From: a virus | Lineage: Duplodnaviria > Caudoviricetes | Virus record (IMG/VR): IMGVR_UViG_3300002091_000059 | Location: 1 to 36,134 of that record | Strand: one strand, 5' to 3' | Length of the DNA: 36,134 bases | Notes under the pieces: model-generated | The model's input: only the letters and a program-made list of their open reading frames with translations | What the model was told of the DNA's origin: nothing | The model's database searches: none | Position numbers and translations under genes: made by a program | Part shown: positions 25,113 through 35,600 of the stretch, piece after piece | Numbering within the stretch: position 1 is the first letter of the stretch | How the letters are laid out: the number at the start of each line of letters is the position of its first letter

Positions 25113-25558
25113 TGTCGTCAGTAATCAGTGATCTTATTACATTCATTGGAAAAACAAAATCAGTAATCATGAGCGTTGGTTCAATTACTGGTTCTGTTTG
25201 GAATGGTATTAAATGGATAGCCTCCAAATTTAAATTTTGGAGGAAGACGGTAAAACAAGTAGAAATTCCCATTACAGAAATAAAAAGTAAACCAAAAAGA
25301 AAACATGGAATTATTTCACATGTCAATTATAAACTTTTCCCCAAGGCAAAATTAACATATTGGCTTGCAGACGAGGAAGTTATAGTATATGTTAAGGCAT
25401 TCAGTCAAAAGGATAAGTTTAAAATAACTTATACTGAAATTTTAACAGGTAGAGTAACAATGGTAAACAGCGCAGTCCCCATTAATTATAGGCTTGAAGA
25501 ACTTAAACCAGGGGATATTATAGAACAAACAGTGGTGCAACAAGATCAGCATTATTGA
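25112..25558 (+). CDS. hypothetical protein
   Basis: TAATG-coupled ORF with amphipathic N-terminus. Confidence 0.65.
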   Translation: MSSVISDLITFIGKTKSVIMSVGSITGSVWNGIKWIASKFKFWRKTVKQVEIPITEIKSKPKRKHGIISHVNYKLFPKAKLTYWLADEEVIVYVKAFSQKDKFKITYTEILTGRVTMVNSAVPINYRLEELKPGDIIEQTVVQQDQHY

Positions 25559-25998
25559 TGTTTTATTATAACAAGCACACTAATATTCTTGACTGGCGAG
25601 AATTTAGAAGTAAGTTAACAACTTGGCCAGAAGACATCGAGACTGTAGCTCAAATCTGGGCTAAAGCACCAATCATTAATAACTATCTTGCATATGATGA
25701 TACTCATAAATGGCCGGACGCTTGGACGCTCATTAATGAAGCCATTTATTGTGATATTTCTGTTGCATTAGGTATGTTTTATACGCTATACTACTCTAAC
25801 TATTCAGAAAAAGATAATATGCGTATTGAACATTATAATATTCAAAGTGAACACACAACACTTAATTTAGTCAATCTGGAGGACGGGAAATATATGCTTA
25901 ATTACCATACCGGTCGCTCAGTAAATAACAACACGCTCGAGGGGTTGCCCTCGCCAACGTACATAATCACAGCAAAAGAATTACCCATTAAGAACTGA
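25558..25998 (+). CDS. hypothetical protein, possible transglutaminase-like Cys-protease fold
   Basis: TGATG-coupled; WPDAWTLI....YCDISVALGMFYTL...H...YMLN. Confidence 0.6.
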   Translation: MFYYNKHTNILDWREFRSKLTTWPEDIETVAQIWAKAPIINNYLAYDDTHKWPDAWTLINEAIYCDISVALGMFYTLYYSNYSEKDNMRIEHYNIQSEHTTLNLVNLEDGKYMLNYHTGRSVNNNTLEGLPSPTYIITAKELPIKN

Positions 25999-26010
25999 GA
26001 GGCACGGTCA

Positions 26011-28326
26011 ATGAACTTTAATCGCACAATGGTCATCAAGAGAGATGGCCACAAGGAACTATTAGATATTGAGAAGTTACATAAAGTCGTATATTGGGCT
26101 ACTGAAGGCCTAAAGAATGTAAGTGTTAGTGAATTGGAATTACGCAGTCAGATTCAGTTTTATGATAATATCAAAACTACTGACATTCAAGAAACAATGA
26201 TTAAAGCTGCTGCCGACCTAATCAGTGAGGATTCTCCCAACTATCAGTATGTTGCTGGTCGCCTAGTAAATTACCATATCCGTAAGCAGGTGTACGGTGA
26301 TTATCAACCATGGCATATCTATGACTTGATCAAGAAGAATGTTGCTGCTGGCTTTTATGATGCGGACCTGTTGACTGATTATACCGAGGAAGAGTGGAAT
26401 AAGATTAATGGATTTATGGATCACGAACGTGACATGTCATTAACGTATGTTGCCATGGAGCAACTTCGTGGAAAATACCTAGTACAGAATCGTGTCACTG
26501 GACAGATCATGGAAACGCCACAGGTGCTATATGCTTTAGTGGCAGCAGTGCTATTTGCCAAGTATGAAAAATCAACACGCCTTAATTGGGTCAAGGATTA
26601 TTATGAGTGTATTAGTAAGCATGACATTAGCCTCCCTACTCCTATCATGGCTGGGCTACGCACGCCGCAGCGTCAGTTTAGCTCCTGTGTGCTTATTGAA
26701 ACAGACGATAGTCTAGACTCAATCAACGCTACAACTGCCGCCATTGTGAAGTATGTTAGCCAGAAAGCAGGTATTGGTATTGGTGCAGGCCGTATCCGTG
26801 CTATTGGTTCACCAGTACGTAACGGTGACACCAGCCATACCGGAGTTGTTCCATTCTATAAGTTGTTTCAGGCTGCTGTTCGTAGCTGTAGTCAAGGTGG
26901 TGTCCGCAATGGTGCGGCTACACTGTACTATCCTCTTTGGCATCTTGAAGTAGAAGACTTACTTGTGTTGAAGAACAACAAGGGAACTGAGGACACTCGT
27001 GTCCGCCATATGGACTATGGTGTTCAGTTTAATAAGGTGATGTATGAAAGGCTTCTTACGGGATCAAATATTACTCTTTTTAGCCCTAATGATGTTCCTG
27101 ATCTTTATGACGCTTTTTATAGTGATACCGATACATTTAGGGACCTCTATGAAAAGTACGAGCGTAATACAAAGCTCAGAAAGAAGTCAATCCCGGCAAT
27201 AGATCTGTTCTCAGCATTTATGACTGAGCGTAAGGATACTGGGCGTGTTTATCTTATGAATGTTGATAACACAAACAGTCATGGTGCATTTATTGAAAGC
27301 ATTGCTCCAATCAAGCAGAGCAACCTATGCTGTGAGATTGCATTGCCCACTAAGCCACTCACACATTTGCATGATGAGAATGGTGAGATCAGTCTTTGTA
27401 CGCTGTCTGCTATTAACTGGGGTAACATTAATAAGCCCAGTGACTTTGAGCGACCATGCAAGCTGGCTGTTCGCGCACTGGATGAACTATTGGACTATCA
27501 GGATTATCCAGTTCCAGCTGCCAAGATTAGCACAATGAATCGTCGTCCACTGGGTGTTGGCATCATTAACCTTGCTTATTGGATTGCAAAGAACGATTTC
27601 AAGTATAGCGATGATAGCTCATTAACTAAACTTGACGAGTATATGGAAGCAATGAGCTATTATCTCATTAAGGCCAGTGTTGATCTTGCAATGGAAAAAG
27701 GTGCTTGCCCCAAGTCAGATGAAACCAAGTACTCATTGGGAATTATGCCCATTGATAGTCGTAAGCAGGATATTGATGAACTTGTACCATACAGCGAGCG
27801 TATGGATTGGGATAGTCTCCGTGCCGCAGCAAAAGCATATGGCATTCGTAATAGCACTTTGATGGCCTTAATGCCCGCAGAAACCAGTGCTCAGATTGCC
27901 AATGCTACCAACGGCATTGAACCACCACGCAGTTATATTTCAATTAAGCAGAGTAAAGATGGCGTACTAAAGCAAGTTGTGCCTGAATTCCGTAAGCTTA
28001 AGAACAAGTATGAATTGCTATGGGATCAGAAGTCACCAGAAGGTTATATTAAAATCTGTGCGGTATTACAGAAGTACATTGATCAAGCAATCAGTGTTAA
28101 TACTTCTTATAATCCACAGTACTATCCTGACGAGAAGCTGCCAATGAGTGACATGTTGAAGCTTCTTCTCCTACATTATAAGTTGGGTGGAAAAAATTTA
28201 TATTATTTTAACACCAAGGACAATCAAGGCGAGATCAATGTTGCTAAATTTGTTGACAACGCTAATAGTGTAGCTTTGATGGATGATCTTCCATCTCAAG
28301 CAGAATGTGACAGTTGTACTATCTAA
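26011..28326 (+). CDS. nrdA: ribonucleoside-diphosphate reductase class Ia alpha subunit
   Basis: ATP cone (VIKRDG), FSSCVL, SQGGVRNG, SNLCCEI, LCTL, LYY, C-terminal CDSC. Confidence 0.97.
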   Translation: MNFNRTMVIKRDGHKELLDIEKLHKVVYWATEGLKNVSVSELELRSQIQFYDNIKTTDIQETMIKAAADLISEDSPNYQYVAGRLVNYHIRKQVYGDYQPWHIYDLIKKNVAAGFYDADLLTDYTEEEWNKINGFMDHERDMSLTYVAMEQLRGKYLVQNRVTGQIMETPQVLYALVAAVLFAKYEKSTRLNWVKDYYECISKHDISLPTPIMAGLRTPQRQFSSCVLIETDDSLDSINATTAAIVKYVSQKAGIGIGAGRIRAIGSPVRNGDTSHTGVVPFYKLFQAAVRSCSQGGVRNGAATLYYPLWHLEVEDLLVLKNNKGTEDTRVRHMDYGVQFNKVMYERLLTGSNITLFSPNDVPDLYDAFYSDTDTFRDLYEKYERNTKLRKKSIPAIDLFSAFMTERKDTGRVYLMNVDNTNSHGAFIESIAPIKQSNLCCEIALPTKPLTHLHDENGEISLCTLSAINWGNINKPSDFERPCKLAVRALDELLDYQDYPVPAAKISTMNRRPLGVGIINLAYWIAKNDFKYSDDSSLTKLDEYMEAMSYYLIKASVDLAMEKGACPKSDETKYSLGIMPIDSRKQDIDELVPYSERMDWDSLRAAAKAYGIRNSTLMALMPAETSAQIANATNGIEPPRSYISIKQSKDGVLKQVVPEFRKLKNKYELLWDQKSPEGYIKICAVLQKYIDQAISVNTSYNPQYYPDEKLPMSDMLKLLLLHYKLGGKNLYYFNTKDNQGEINVAKFVDNANSVALMDDLPSQAECDSCTI

Positions 28327-28376
28327 ATTATTATCTTTCGAATGTATTATATAAATACATTCGACGGAGAAATAAT
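28327..28376 (+). promoter_or_regulatory. late promoter TATAAATA (28350-28357) inside an RBS-sequestering hairpin
   Basis: TCGAATGTATT (28338-28348) / AATACATTCGA (28354-28364), extendable imperfectly by ATTATTATCTT pairing with GGAGAAATAAT. Confidence 0.75.
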
Positions 28377-29088
28377 GGATTATTTAAAAATTTACGAAAA
28401 TCTTATGGAGAGATCAAGAAATCGTACTCTCCATGAGTATAAAGAAAAGCATCATATAATTCCAAAATGTTTAGGTGGAAATGATAATATAGATAATTTA
28501 GTAAGTTTGACCCCAGAAGAACATTATATTGCTCATTTATTATTAGTTAAAATTTATCCTAAAAATTCAAAATTAATATTTGCCGCTAATATGATGGCCA
28601 ATAGAAACAACAAATCATATGGATGGATTAAACGACTTTTCTCCATTGAGCAATCGAATTCAATGACAGGGTACAAACATAGCGAAGAATCTAGAAAAAA
28701 AATGAGTCTTTCAAGAAAAGATGTACCTAAAACTGAGCATTTCAAAAATATTATGAAAATTAAAAAGACAAAAGATATTGAATATCTAGAAAATGTGTAT
28801 AAAGGATGGGATGAATTAAAATTAGCAACCAATGTTTCTAGACATTTATATTTAAAATTTTATAAAAATGGCATAGATCCAGTACCATACATCAATAACA
28901 ATTCTTATGGTATAGTTGAAAAGGCAAAAACGACTCCACCGAAAGCAGCATTAGGCAAAAAATGGTTTAATAATGGTTCAGCTGAAACATACTGCAACAT
29001 AAATCAACAACCAAATGGGTGGATTAGAGGGAGGTTGCCTAGATTAAAAGATGAAAAAGGTAGATTTCAAAAAGAGAAATCTATATAA
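28375..29088 (+). CDS. HNH homing endonuclease (MobE-like position) with NUMOD3
   Basis: EKHHIIPKCLGG.D..DNLVSLTPEEHYIAH; HSEESRKKMS; GGAGA RBS before ATG 28375; lies between nrdA and nrdB. Confidence 0.88.
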   Translation: MDYLKIYENLMERSRNRTLHEYKEKHHIIPKCLGGNDNIDNLVSLTPEEHYIAHLLLVKIYPKNSKLIFAANMMANRNNKSYGWIKRLFSIEQSNSMTGYKHSEESRKKMSLSRKDVPKTEHFKNIMKIKKTKDIEYLENVYKGWDELKLATNVSRHLYLKFYKNGIDPVPYINNNSYGIVEKAKTTPPKAALGKKWFNNGSAETYCNINQQPNGWIRGRLPRLKDEKGRFQKEKSI

Positions 29089-29109
29089 TTAAATTACAGG
29101 AGAATTTAA

Positions 29110-30222
29110 ATGAGTGTATTTGATACGAAGAATCGTCAGGACCATACTAAGGTGCGAGCCTTCTTTGATGAGCCAGTGACGATTCAACGGTATGATTCGA
29201 TGAAGTATCGCCAGTTTGAAAAACTGACTGAGCGTCAATTAGGATTTTTCTGGCAACCGCAAGAGATCGATACTCTTCGCGATGCCAAGGACTTCAAAGA
29301 TCTCACTACACATGAACAGCACATCTTCACAAGCAACCTCAAGCGACAGATCCTATTAGACAGCGTTCAAGGTCGTGCTCCGAGTGCTGCGTTTGGCCCA
29401 ATCTGCTCATTGCCCGAACTAGAGACTTGGATCACAACGTGGACTTTCTCTGAGACCATCCATAGTCGCAGCTATACACACATCATCCGAAACATCTATA
29501 GCAATCCATCCAAGATCTTCGATGAACTTATGGACATCAAAGAAATCGTGGATTGCGCAGATGACATCAGCAAGTATTATGACAAGCTGATCTATATGAA
29601 TAATCAATCAGCTGCCTTCGGTGGATATTATGATATTGTACCTCCAAATGATTTTGCTTATGAACATAAGAAAGCATTGTGGATGGCATTGATGTCAGTT
29701 AACATACTCGAAGGTATTCGTTTCTATGTCAGCTTTGCTTGTAGCTGGGCATTTGCTGAAGTTAAGAAGATGGAAGGTAATGCCAAGATAATCAAGTTCA
29801 TTGCTCGTGATGAGAACCTACATCTAGCCGGCACTCAAACACTACTAAAGTTACTTCCAAAAGATGATGAGTATTTTGCTCAAGTAGCAGAAGAAACTAA
29901 GGATGAGTGTATCAAGTTGTTTATTGATGCAGTTGACCAAGAGAAGAAGTGGGCTGATTATCTATTCAAGGATGGCAGTATGATTGGGCTTAACAAGCAA
30001 CTGCTCAGTGAGTATATTGAATGGATCGCCCACAAGCGTATGACAGCAGTTGGGCTTGCCTGCCCCTATAAGACAACCAGTAATCCGTTGCCCTGGACTC
30101 AAAAGTGGATTGCAGGTGGAGATGTTCAAGTTGCACCACAGGAAGTAGAACTCAGTAGCTATATCAGTGGTGGCACAAAACAAGATGTTGATCAAAATTC
30201 TTTTGCTGGGTTCAAACTATAA
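29110..30222 (+). CDS. nrdB: ribonucleoside-diphosphate reductase class Ia beta subunit
   Basis: FFWQPQE, LLDSVQ, ETIHSRSY, LEGIRFY, RDENLH, APQEVE..SY. Confidence 0.97.
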   Translation: MSVFDTKNRQDHTKVRAFFDEPVTIQRYDSMKYRQFEKLTERQLGFFWQPQEIDTLRDAKDFKDLTTHEQHIFTSNLKRQILLDSVQGRAPSAAFGPICSLPELETWITTWTFSETIHSRSYTHIIRNIYSNPSKIFDELMDIKEIVDCADDISKYYDKLIYMNNQSAAFGGYYDIVPPNDFAYEHKKALWMALMSVNILEGIRFYVSFACSWAFAEVKKMEGNAKIIKFIARDENLHLAGTQTLLKLLPKDDEYFAQVAEETKDECIKLFIDAVDQEKKWADYLFKDGSMIGLNKQLLSEYIEWIAHKRMTAVGLACPYKTTSNPLPWTQKWIAGGDVQVAPQEVELSSYISGGTKQDVDQNSFAGFKL

Positions 30223-30243
30223 TAACTATATTAAGGAACAGCA

Positions 30244-30522
30244 ATGATTACACTTTACAGCAAGCCAGCCTGCCCCTACTGTGATAGAGCAGCGGACTAC
30301 CTAAAGAGAAACAACTTTGCGTTTACAAAAGTTGATGTAACTGAAGATGCGAAGGCATTGGCGTTCATTAAGAGCAAGGGGCATAAAACAGTGCCCCAAA
30401 TATATTACGAAAATAGAATACTAGTAGAAGGCGGCTATGACGGTCTAAAAGCACTTCAACCAAATGACTTAACCTTACGGATTCAACAATATGCTAATGG
30501 GAAAAACAACTTTCAATTATAG
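30244..30522 (+). CDS. glutaredoxin
   Basis: CPYC active site, TVPQI, GGY; follows nrdB. Confidence 0.92.
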   Translation: MITLYSKPACPYCDRAADYLKRNNFAFTKVDVTEDAKALAFIKSKGHKTVPQIYYENRILVEGGYDGLKALQPNDLTLRIQQYANGKNNFQL

Positions 30523-30808
30523 TCCTGGTGACGTGGTAGATTTTAAATTAAACAGTGGCGAAGAACTTATTTCTCGTATCATTGAAGATAGAACTGACAC
30601 TTATGTTCTTAATAAACCCATGGCTTTATTGAATACTCCAAATGGTGGACTTGGCATGATGCCAGTGCCCATTGCTTCAAATCACTCAGATCCTGTAGTG
30701 TTAAATAAACATGCAGTAGCCTTTCATGCTAAATGCGAGTCAGAGTTGGCAAGCCAGTATATGGAAAAGACAACTGGGCTAGTAACTATGAGCAAAGGTA
30801 TAATTTAA
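30491..30808 (+). CDS. phage Sm-like domain protein
   Basis: FKLNSGEELISR...L.KPM...P...Y pattern typical of T4-like phage Sm-like proteins. Confidence 0.6.
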   Translation: MLMGKTTFNYSPGDVVDFKLNSGEELISRIIEDRTDTYVLNKPMALLNTPNGGLGMMPVPIASNHSDPVVLNKHAVAFHAKCESELASQYMEKTTGLVTMSKGII

Positions 30809-30817
30809 GGAATAAGA

Positions 30818-31114
30818 GTGTTTCCCACAGCAGCAGTTGGCGATTTTAATATGATGATGGGGGTTATTATGACAGGTAACCCCACAGTATTGGTAAGTGG
30901 AAGACCAATCGCAGTAATGGGTATGAGCTTGGTTAGTCCCCACCCATGGGGCGGTATCCCTCCTAAACCTATTCATCCTCCCAGCCCATTAATGATTAAT
31001 TGTAGTACAACAGTATTAGCAGGTGGGTTGTGTGTTGGTCATATGGGATCTATTAGCACCTGTTTACATGCCATCATTCCGCCATGTAATCCCACAGTAT
31101 TGGTAGGTATATAA
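30818..31114 (+). CDS. PAAR-like baseplate spike tip (T4 gp5.4-like)
   Basis: Repeated TVLVSGRPIA / TVLAGG..VG..G / TVLVG strands with His/Cys ligands (TCLH); AAGGA RBS. Confidence 0.75.
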   Translation: MFPTAAVGDFNMMMGVIMTGNPTVLVSGRPIAVMGMSLVSPHPWGGIPPKPIHPPSPLMINCSTTVLAGGLCVGHMGSISTCLHAIIPPCNPTVLVGI

Positions 31115-31115
31115 C

Positions 31116-32624
31116 ATGCCAAGTTATGCAATTATTAATGTGGCAAATGTGGCAACACCAGTAAGTTATACTTACAGTGGCAATACAGTGGGCACTGGTA
31201 CAATTACAACTTTTACAGGTAATACTACTGTTATTGGAGTGGGAACTACCTTTTTAACACAATTGGGAACATATTATGCTGTTCGTAATTCTGCAAATAC
31301 CTTTGTAGGTAAAATAGCTAATATCACCAGTAATACCAGTGCAACTCTTTCAAAAAATGCTGTCACTGCGATTGCAAATGCTGCTTATACTTTTCAAACT
31401 TTTAATTACTCTGTACTTCAAACAGACCCACATGTTGGTAATGGCAATATCAGTACATTTAGTACCAATAGCACTGTAATAGGCACAAACACTACCTTCA
31501 TTAATGATTTAAACATTGGTTATCATTTGTTTGATAGTACTGATGGTAACCTAATAGGTATGGTGAAAAGCATAACCAGTAATACTGTTGCAACCTTGAC
31601 CACTGTATCTGGGTATCCCGGCTCCAATTTGGCATACCGTGTATATGATCCCATTACAAAAAATACTCAGGCTGCAAATTTATTCAATGTTAATGCACAT
31701 CATGTAAATGCAGCGTTGCTCAATTGGAGTAAGAGTGGATTAATACAGGGTGTTAGACAAATTAAAAGCTATCACCCACCAATGCCAGATCCAGTAACTG
31801 GTGTTCTTGTTAATTTTCCTGCTACAACTCATGAGATTGAGCAACTTGGTAATATTGTGTTACACAATTATGCCAATAACAGCGTATATAACCTAAGTAA
31901 TTTCTCATCTGTTAATACATCCGGTGTTGTTAAAGATTTTAATGAAGACAATGGGATTGTAGGCAGTAGCACAAGTAAAGCAGTTAAAAGTATTCCCATT
32001 AATGGAGTAGTTGGCCGCTTAATTAAAAGTGGTGCGCAAAATATAAATGTATCGGCCGTTGTTAATAGCATTTATGGTACTCCTGTACCTCCTAATGGGC
32101 CAGGATCTGGATATACTTTTATATTTGATACACCACCTTCTGGGTTTACTAAATTAAAAAGTTATTCTGCTATAAATGCATTATATGATGCTTGGCAGGG
32201 ACCAGGTGCTAACGTAGTATATGTTATGAATGCTAACGTAACAAGTACCTCATTGAATACTGCTAGTGATATGTTTGCTTTTCAAGCAGGTGCTCCGCCG
32301 CCTGAACGTGTAATTGATACTTTTACAGATGCTCAACAATATTTCTCAACAGCAGATAGCAAACAAACTTTGAGTGATGCTGAAAAAGCAGATCTTGCAG
32401 CTAGAGCAAGTAATAGATTTACACCAAATGGTCCCAAAGGCATGGTCAGTACTGGAGTTCCTGCTGCTATACCCGGATCATTGAATATTATATTAACGGA
32501 TCAAGATCCCGCTAATAGACCATATATTACTCCAAAATATAGAAGAACATTGCCTTCTACGGTGACAACATACAATACCGATATACCATTTAGTGTACTC
32601 AATCCCCCGCCGCCTGAGTTATGA
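31116..32624 (+). CDS. putative baseplate/tail structural protein
   Basis: Thr/Asn-rich; two repeats G.I.TF..N.TVIG..TTF...L...G....ITSNT.ATL. Confidence 0.65.
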   Translation: MPSYAIINVANVATPVSYTYSGNTVGTGTITTFTGNTTVIGVGTTFLTQLGTYYAVRNSANTFVGKIANITSNTSATLSKNAVTAIANAAYTFQTFNYSVLQTDPHVGNGNISTFSTNSTVIGTNTTFINDLNIGYHLFDSTDGNLIGMVKSITSNTVATLTTVSGYPGSNLAYRVYDPITKNTQAANLFNVNAHHVNAALLNWSKSGLIQGVRQIKSYHPPMPDPVTGVLVNFPATTHEIEQLGNIVLHNYANNSVYNLSNFSSVNTSGVVKDFNEDNGIVGSSTSKAVKSIPINGVVGRLIKSGAQNINVSAVVNSIYGTPVPPNGPGSGYTFIFDTPPSGFTKLKSYSAINALYDAWQGPGANVVYVMNANVTSTSLNTASDMFAFQAGAPPPERVIDTFTDAQQYFSTADSKQTLSDAEKADLAARASNRFTPNGPKGMVSTGVPAAIPGSLNIILTDQDPANRPYITPKYRRTLPSTVTTYNTDIPFSVLNPPPPEL

Positions 32625-32638
32625 TTATAGGATTTTAG

Positions 32639-35600
32639 ATGCCATCTCCATTTAACACAATCACTTCCCCGTACGGCCCAAGATCAGCCCCAACAGCAGG
32701 TGCAAGTACTTTCCATCAAGGTACTGATATTGCCATGCCTGTAGGAACAGTTCTAACAAATAATACTGGACAACCGTTATATCTTGTGTATAAAGGTGTT
32801 GAGGGTGGGTACGGAAATTATGCTGAATATTCTACTACTCCAGATGGTACTGGTAAAACTTATGCATTTGGACATCTTTCAGAATTACCAGCTGGCGATG
32901 TTGGAACTATGGCCAATCCAGGAGATGGATTGGCACTATCAGGCAACTCAGGAACTTCTACAGGTGCGCATGTACACGTTGAAGTGTTTCAACCCGGACA
33001 AGATGATGCATCTGCTCCACAGTCAGGCGATTTAGCAGGGATCGGTGCCAATGGCGTCGCACTTGGTTCAGGTGGGACAGACCCAGGAACGGGTAATATT
33101 ACTGTAGCGGGTGCAGGAACTGCTGCGCCAAGTTCGAACAGCGGCGGCGGTTCTGGTGGCGCAGGTGCAGGCGCAGCAGCAGCGGCAGGCGCTTCAGTGC
33201 CAGCGGCAGGGTGTCTTGGTGCATCAACTAGTATAGCAAGTTTACTTGGCGGCGGCGCCCTTGCTAGTGCAATAGGTGGTGTTGCTGCAAATGCAGTAAT
33301 GGCCGGTGGTCTAGCATTGCTTAGTGGTGGCGGATTACAGGGAGCATTAGGTGCTGTACTTGGATCAGCAGGCGGCGCATTAGGTAATGCATTAGGAGCA
33401 AGTTTAGGCGGCGCAGCAGGCGCCATTGTTGGACAGACTTTAGGCGGCGCATTAGGATCAATTGCTGCTGGTGCAAACCCATTACAAGCATTGAGTGGAG
33501 CAGCATTTGGTGCCCTTGGTCAAATGGGCGGATCATTAATACCAGCTTTAAGTGGAGTTATGCCTGCTGCTTTAGCAAGTGCCGCAGTTGGCGGATTGAC
33601 GGGAATATTAGGGCAAGTTGCTGCTGGTGTTCCTAAGGGCGCAGCAGCACAGTTTATTTTGGCAGGTGGGCTAGGTGGAGCTATTGGGGGCGCCGTTGGT
33701 AATATGACTGGTGACTTTAGTTACGGTGCAGTATCAGGTGCAGTAGCCTCGGGTTTATTGAATGGTTCAATTAATTTAAATGGGGGCAGCAGCAGTCTGT
33801 ACAGTAGACCAAATGGTACATTTAACCCTGCACAGTTTGCCAATAACATAGCAATGGTTGCTGCCACAGCCGCAAACAACAGGAATATGGTTGGAGCAAT
33901 CAGTGAGGCAGTAAGTCAAGGATTTGGGGCAACACAATCTGCAGGGTATGGTGCCAGAACTAGGAATATGCAGGATGCTTTGACGTTCAGTGTTAGTACA
34001 TTGGGACAAAACTTAAATGCTGTCTCATCTGACATGCTATCACTTGGTAAATGGGATGCAACTAATTTAATGAGATTAATGCAACCAGGTAATATTGCCA
34101 CTCAAATTCTAATGAAGGGGTTAGGTGATTATACTGGATTAAATGAAGCATTGGTGGCTGCGGGCGTTCCACTTGCTGGGCTCGATAATCCATTGTTTGA
34201 TAGAGTAACACAAACTGTATTAAATGGTATAACTGAGCCAGAGGTTATATACACAGTTAAAGCAGCATTTGCCATGAAAACTAATTTTGCTAACTTGGGT
34301 GAATTAACGAATCTGTCAAAAATGATGCCCAATAGTTTTCAATACTTACCAGTTAAAAGTTTTAGAGAGCTGGGTGTACAATTGGCAATTATTGGAGTAA
34401 GTGCGTCAGCTACAATTTATGATATTGGGTTTGCATTTAGTAAAATTGAAACAGCTACTGATCTAAACAATGTTGCCCAGATGAATCAACCATTGCCACC
34501 TTCTATTGCACAGCCATTAATGGAAATTTATGGTTATGGTGGTGGAACATTTGGCGAACAGACAATGGCAGACTTTATTGGATCTGCTGCTGGATATGTA
34601 CATAATGATACAATTCCTGTTATTATTGATACAACAAAATATATTGAAAATCATCCTGATGCAGCCTTATTAACAACGCTAATATATTTGTTCAAAGACA
34701 CGATGGATGGAAAATATACGACACTTGGTACCCCAGGTGATACTGCCAGTGGCATTCCAGGCGAAGATGGGTATATCACGGTGCCATTCCCTGCAGGATT
34801 AGGTGGATCACAAACCTTTACGACATTGGATGCAGCAGTACTTGCATTTATTCCATTAATTGAAGCACAACAGCAAGCTTTGTTAAATTCAACTGATCCA
34901 TTGCTACAGGACAACATCACAAAGTTAAGCCTAGCATACGAAGCAAGTTGTGCTCAATTGGTTAGAGAAAACAACAACTTACTCAATCATAATATTAATT
35001 TGTTTGATGCTATTCCCCCAAGTCCCTCATCTTGTATGATGTTTACACAAATGTTAGATCAGTGGGGCTTACAAACAGGGTATGGGCAACCCGGTGAATA
35101 TATTGAGCGTGTGGCAACAAATGATATCTTTGGTGATGCTATGAAGTACTGTATGCGACAAGCTAGAAATGCTTCGGCATTAAGTGGACTTGGTATTGAC
35201 GTTGAGCAATATAAGATACCACGTAGTCAATACTATAGAGAGCCTGAAGGATTCTATAACAACCTATACACAGGGCAAATGCCACCCATGAGTCATAACA
35301 GACGTGCGCCAGTGTACCCAAGAACTCCAACTGATGTATATTTGAATAATCGTAATACAGTGCTGAGAAACACTGGATACGGTGATCTACCATTGCAAGC
35401 AAATCAAATGGATGAAATCTATTATGATAGTATTTGGATGGATACAAGCTCAGATGTTCTTGAAGGCATTGGAAGATCTGTAGTAAAGCAAGCTATTGAC
35501 AACAGCATTTACATTAACAATGATGATTTATTGATAGTTGATCTAACGGGTGCAACTACTGCCATTGGTAAAATTGCCAATAATGGATTGCTATTGACTA

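Noticed and set aside
26011-30222. Intein or group I intron in nrdA/nrdB
   Set aside because: Both ORFs are continuous and of normal length, and the HNH gene is intergenic.
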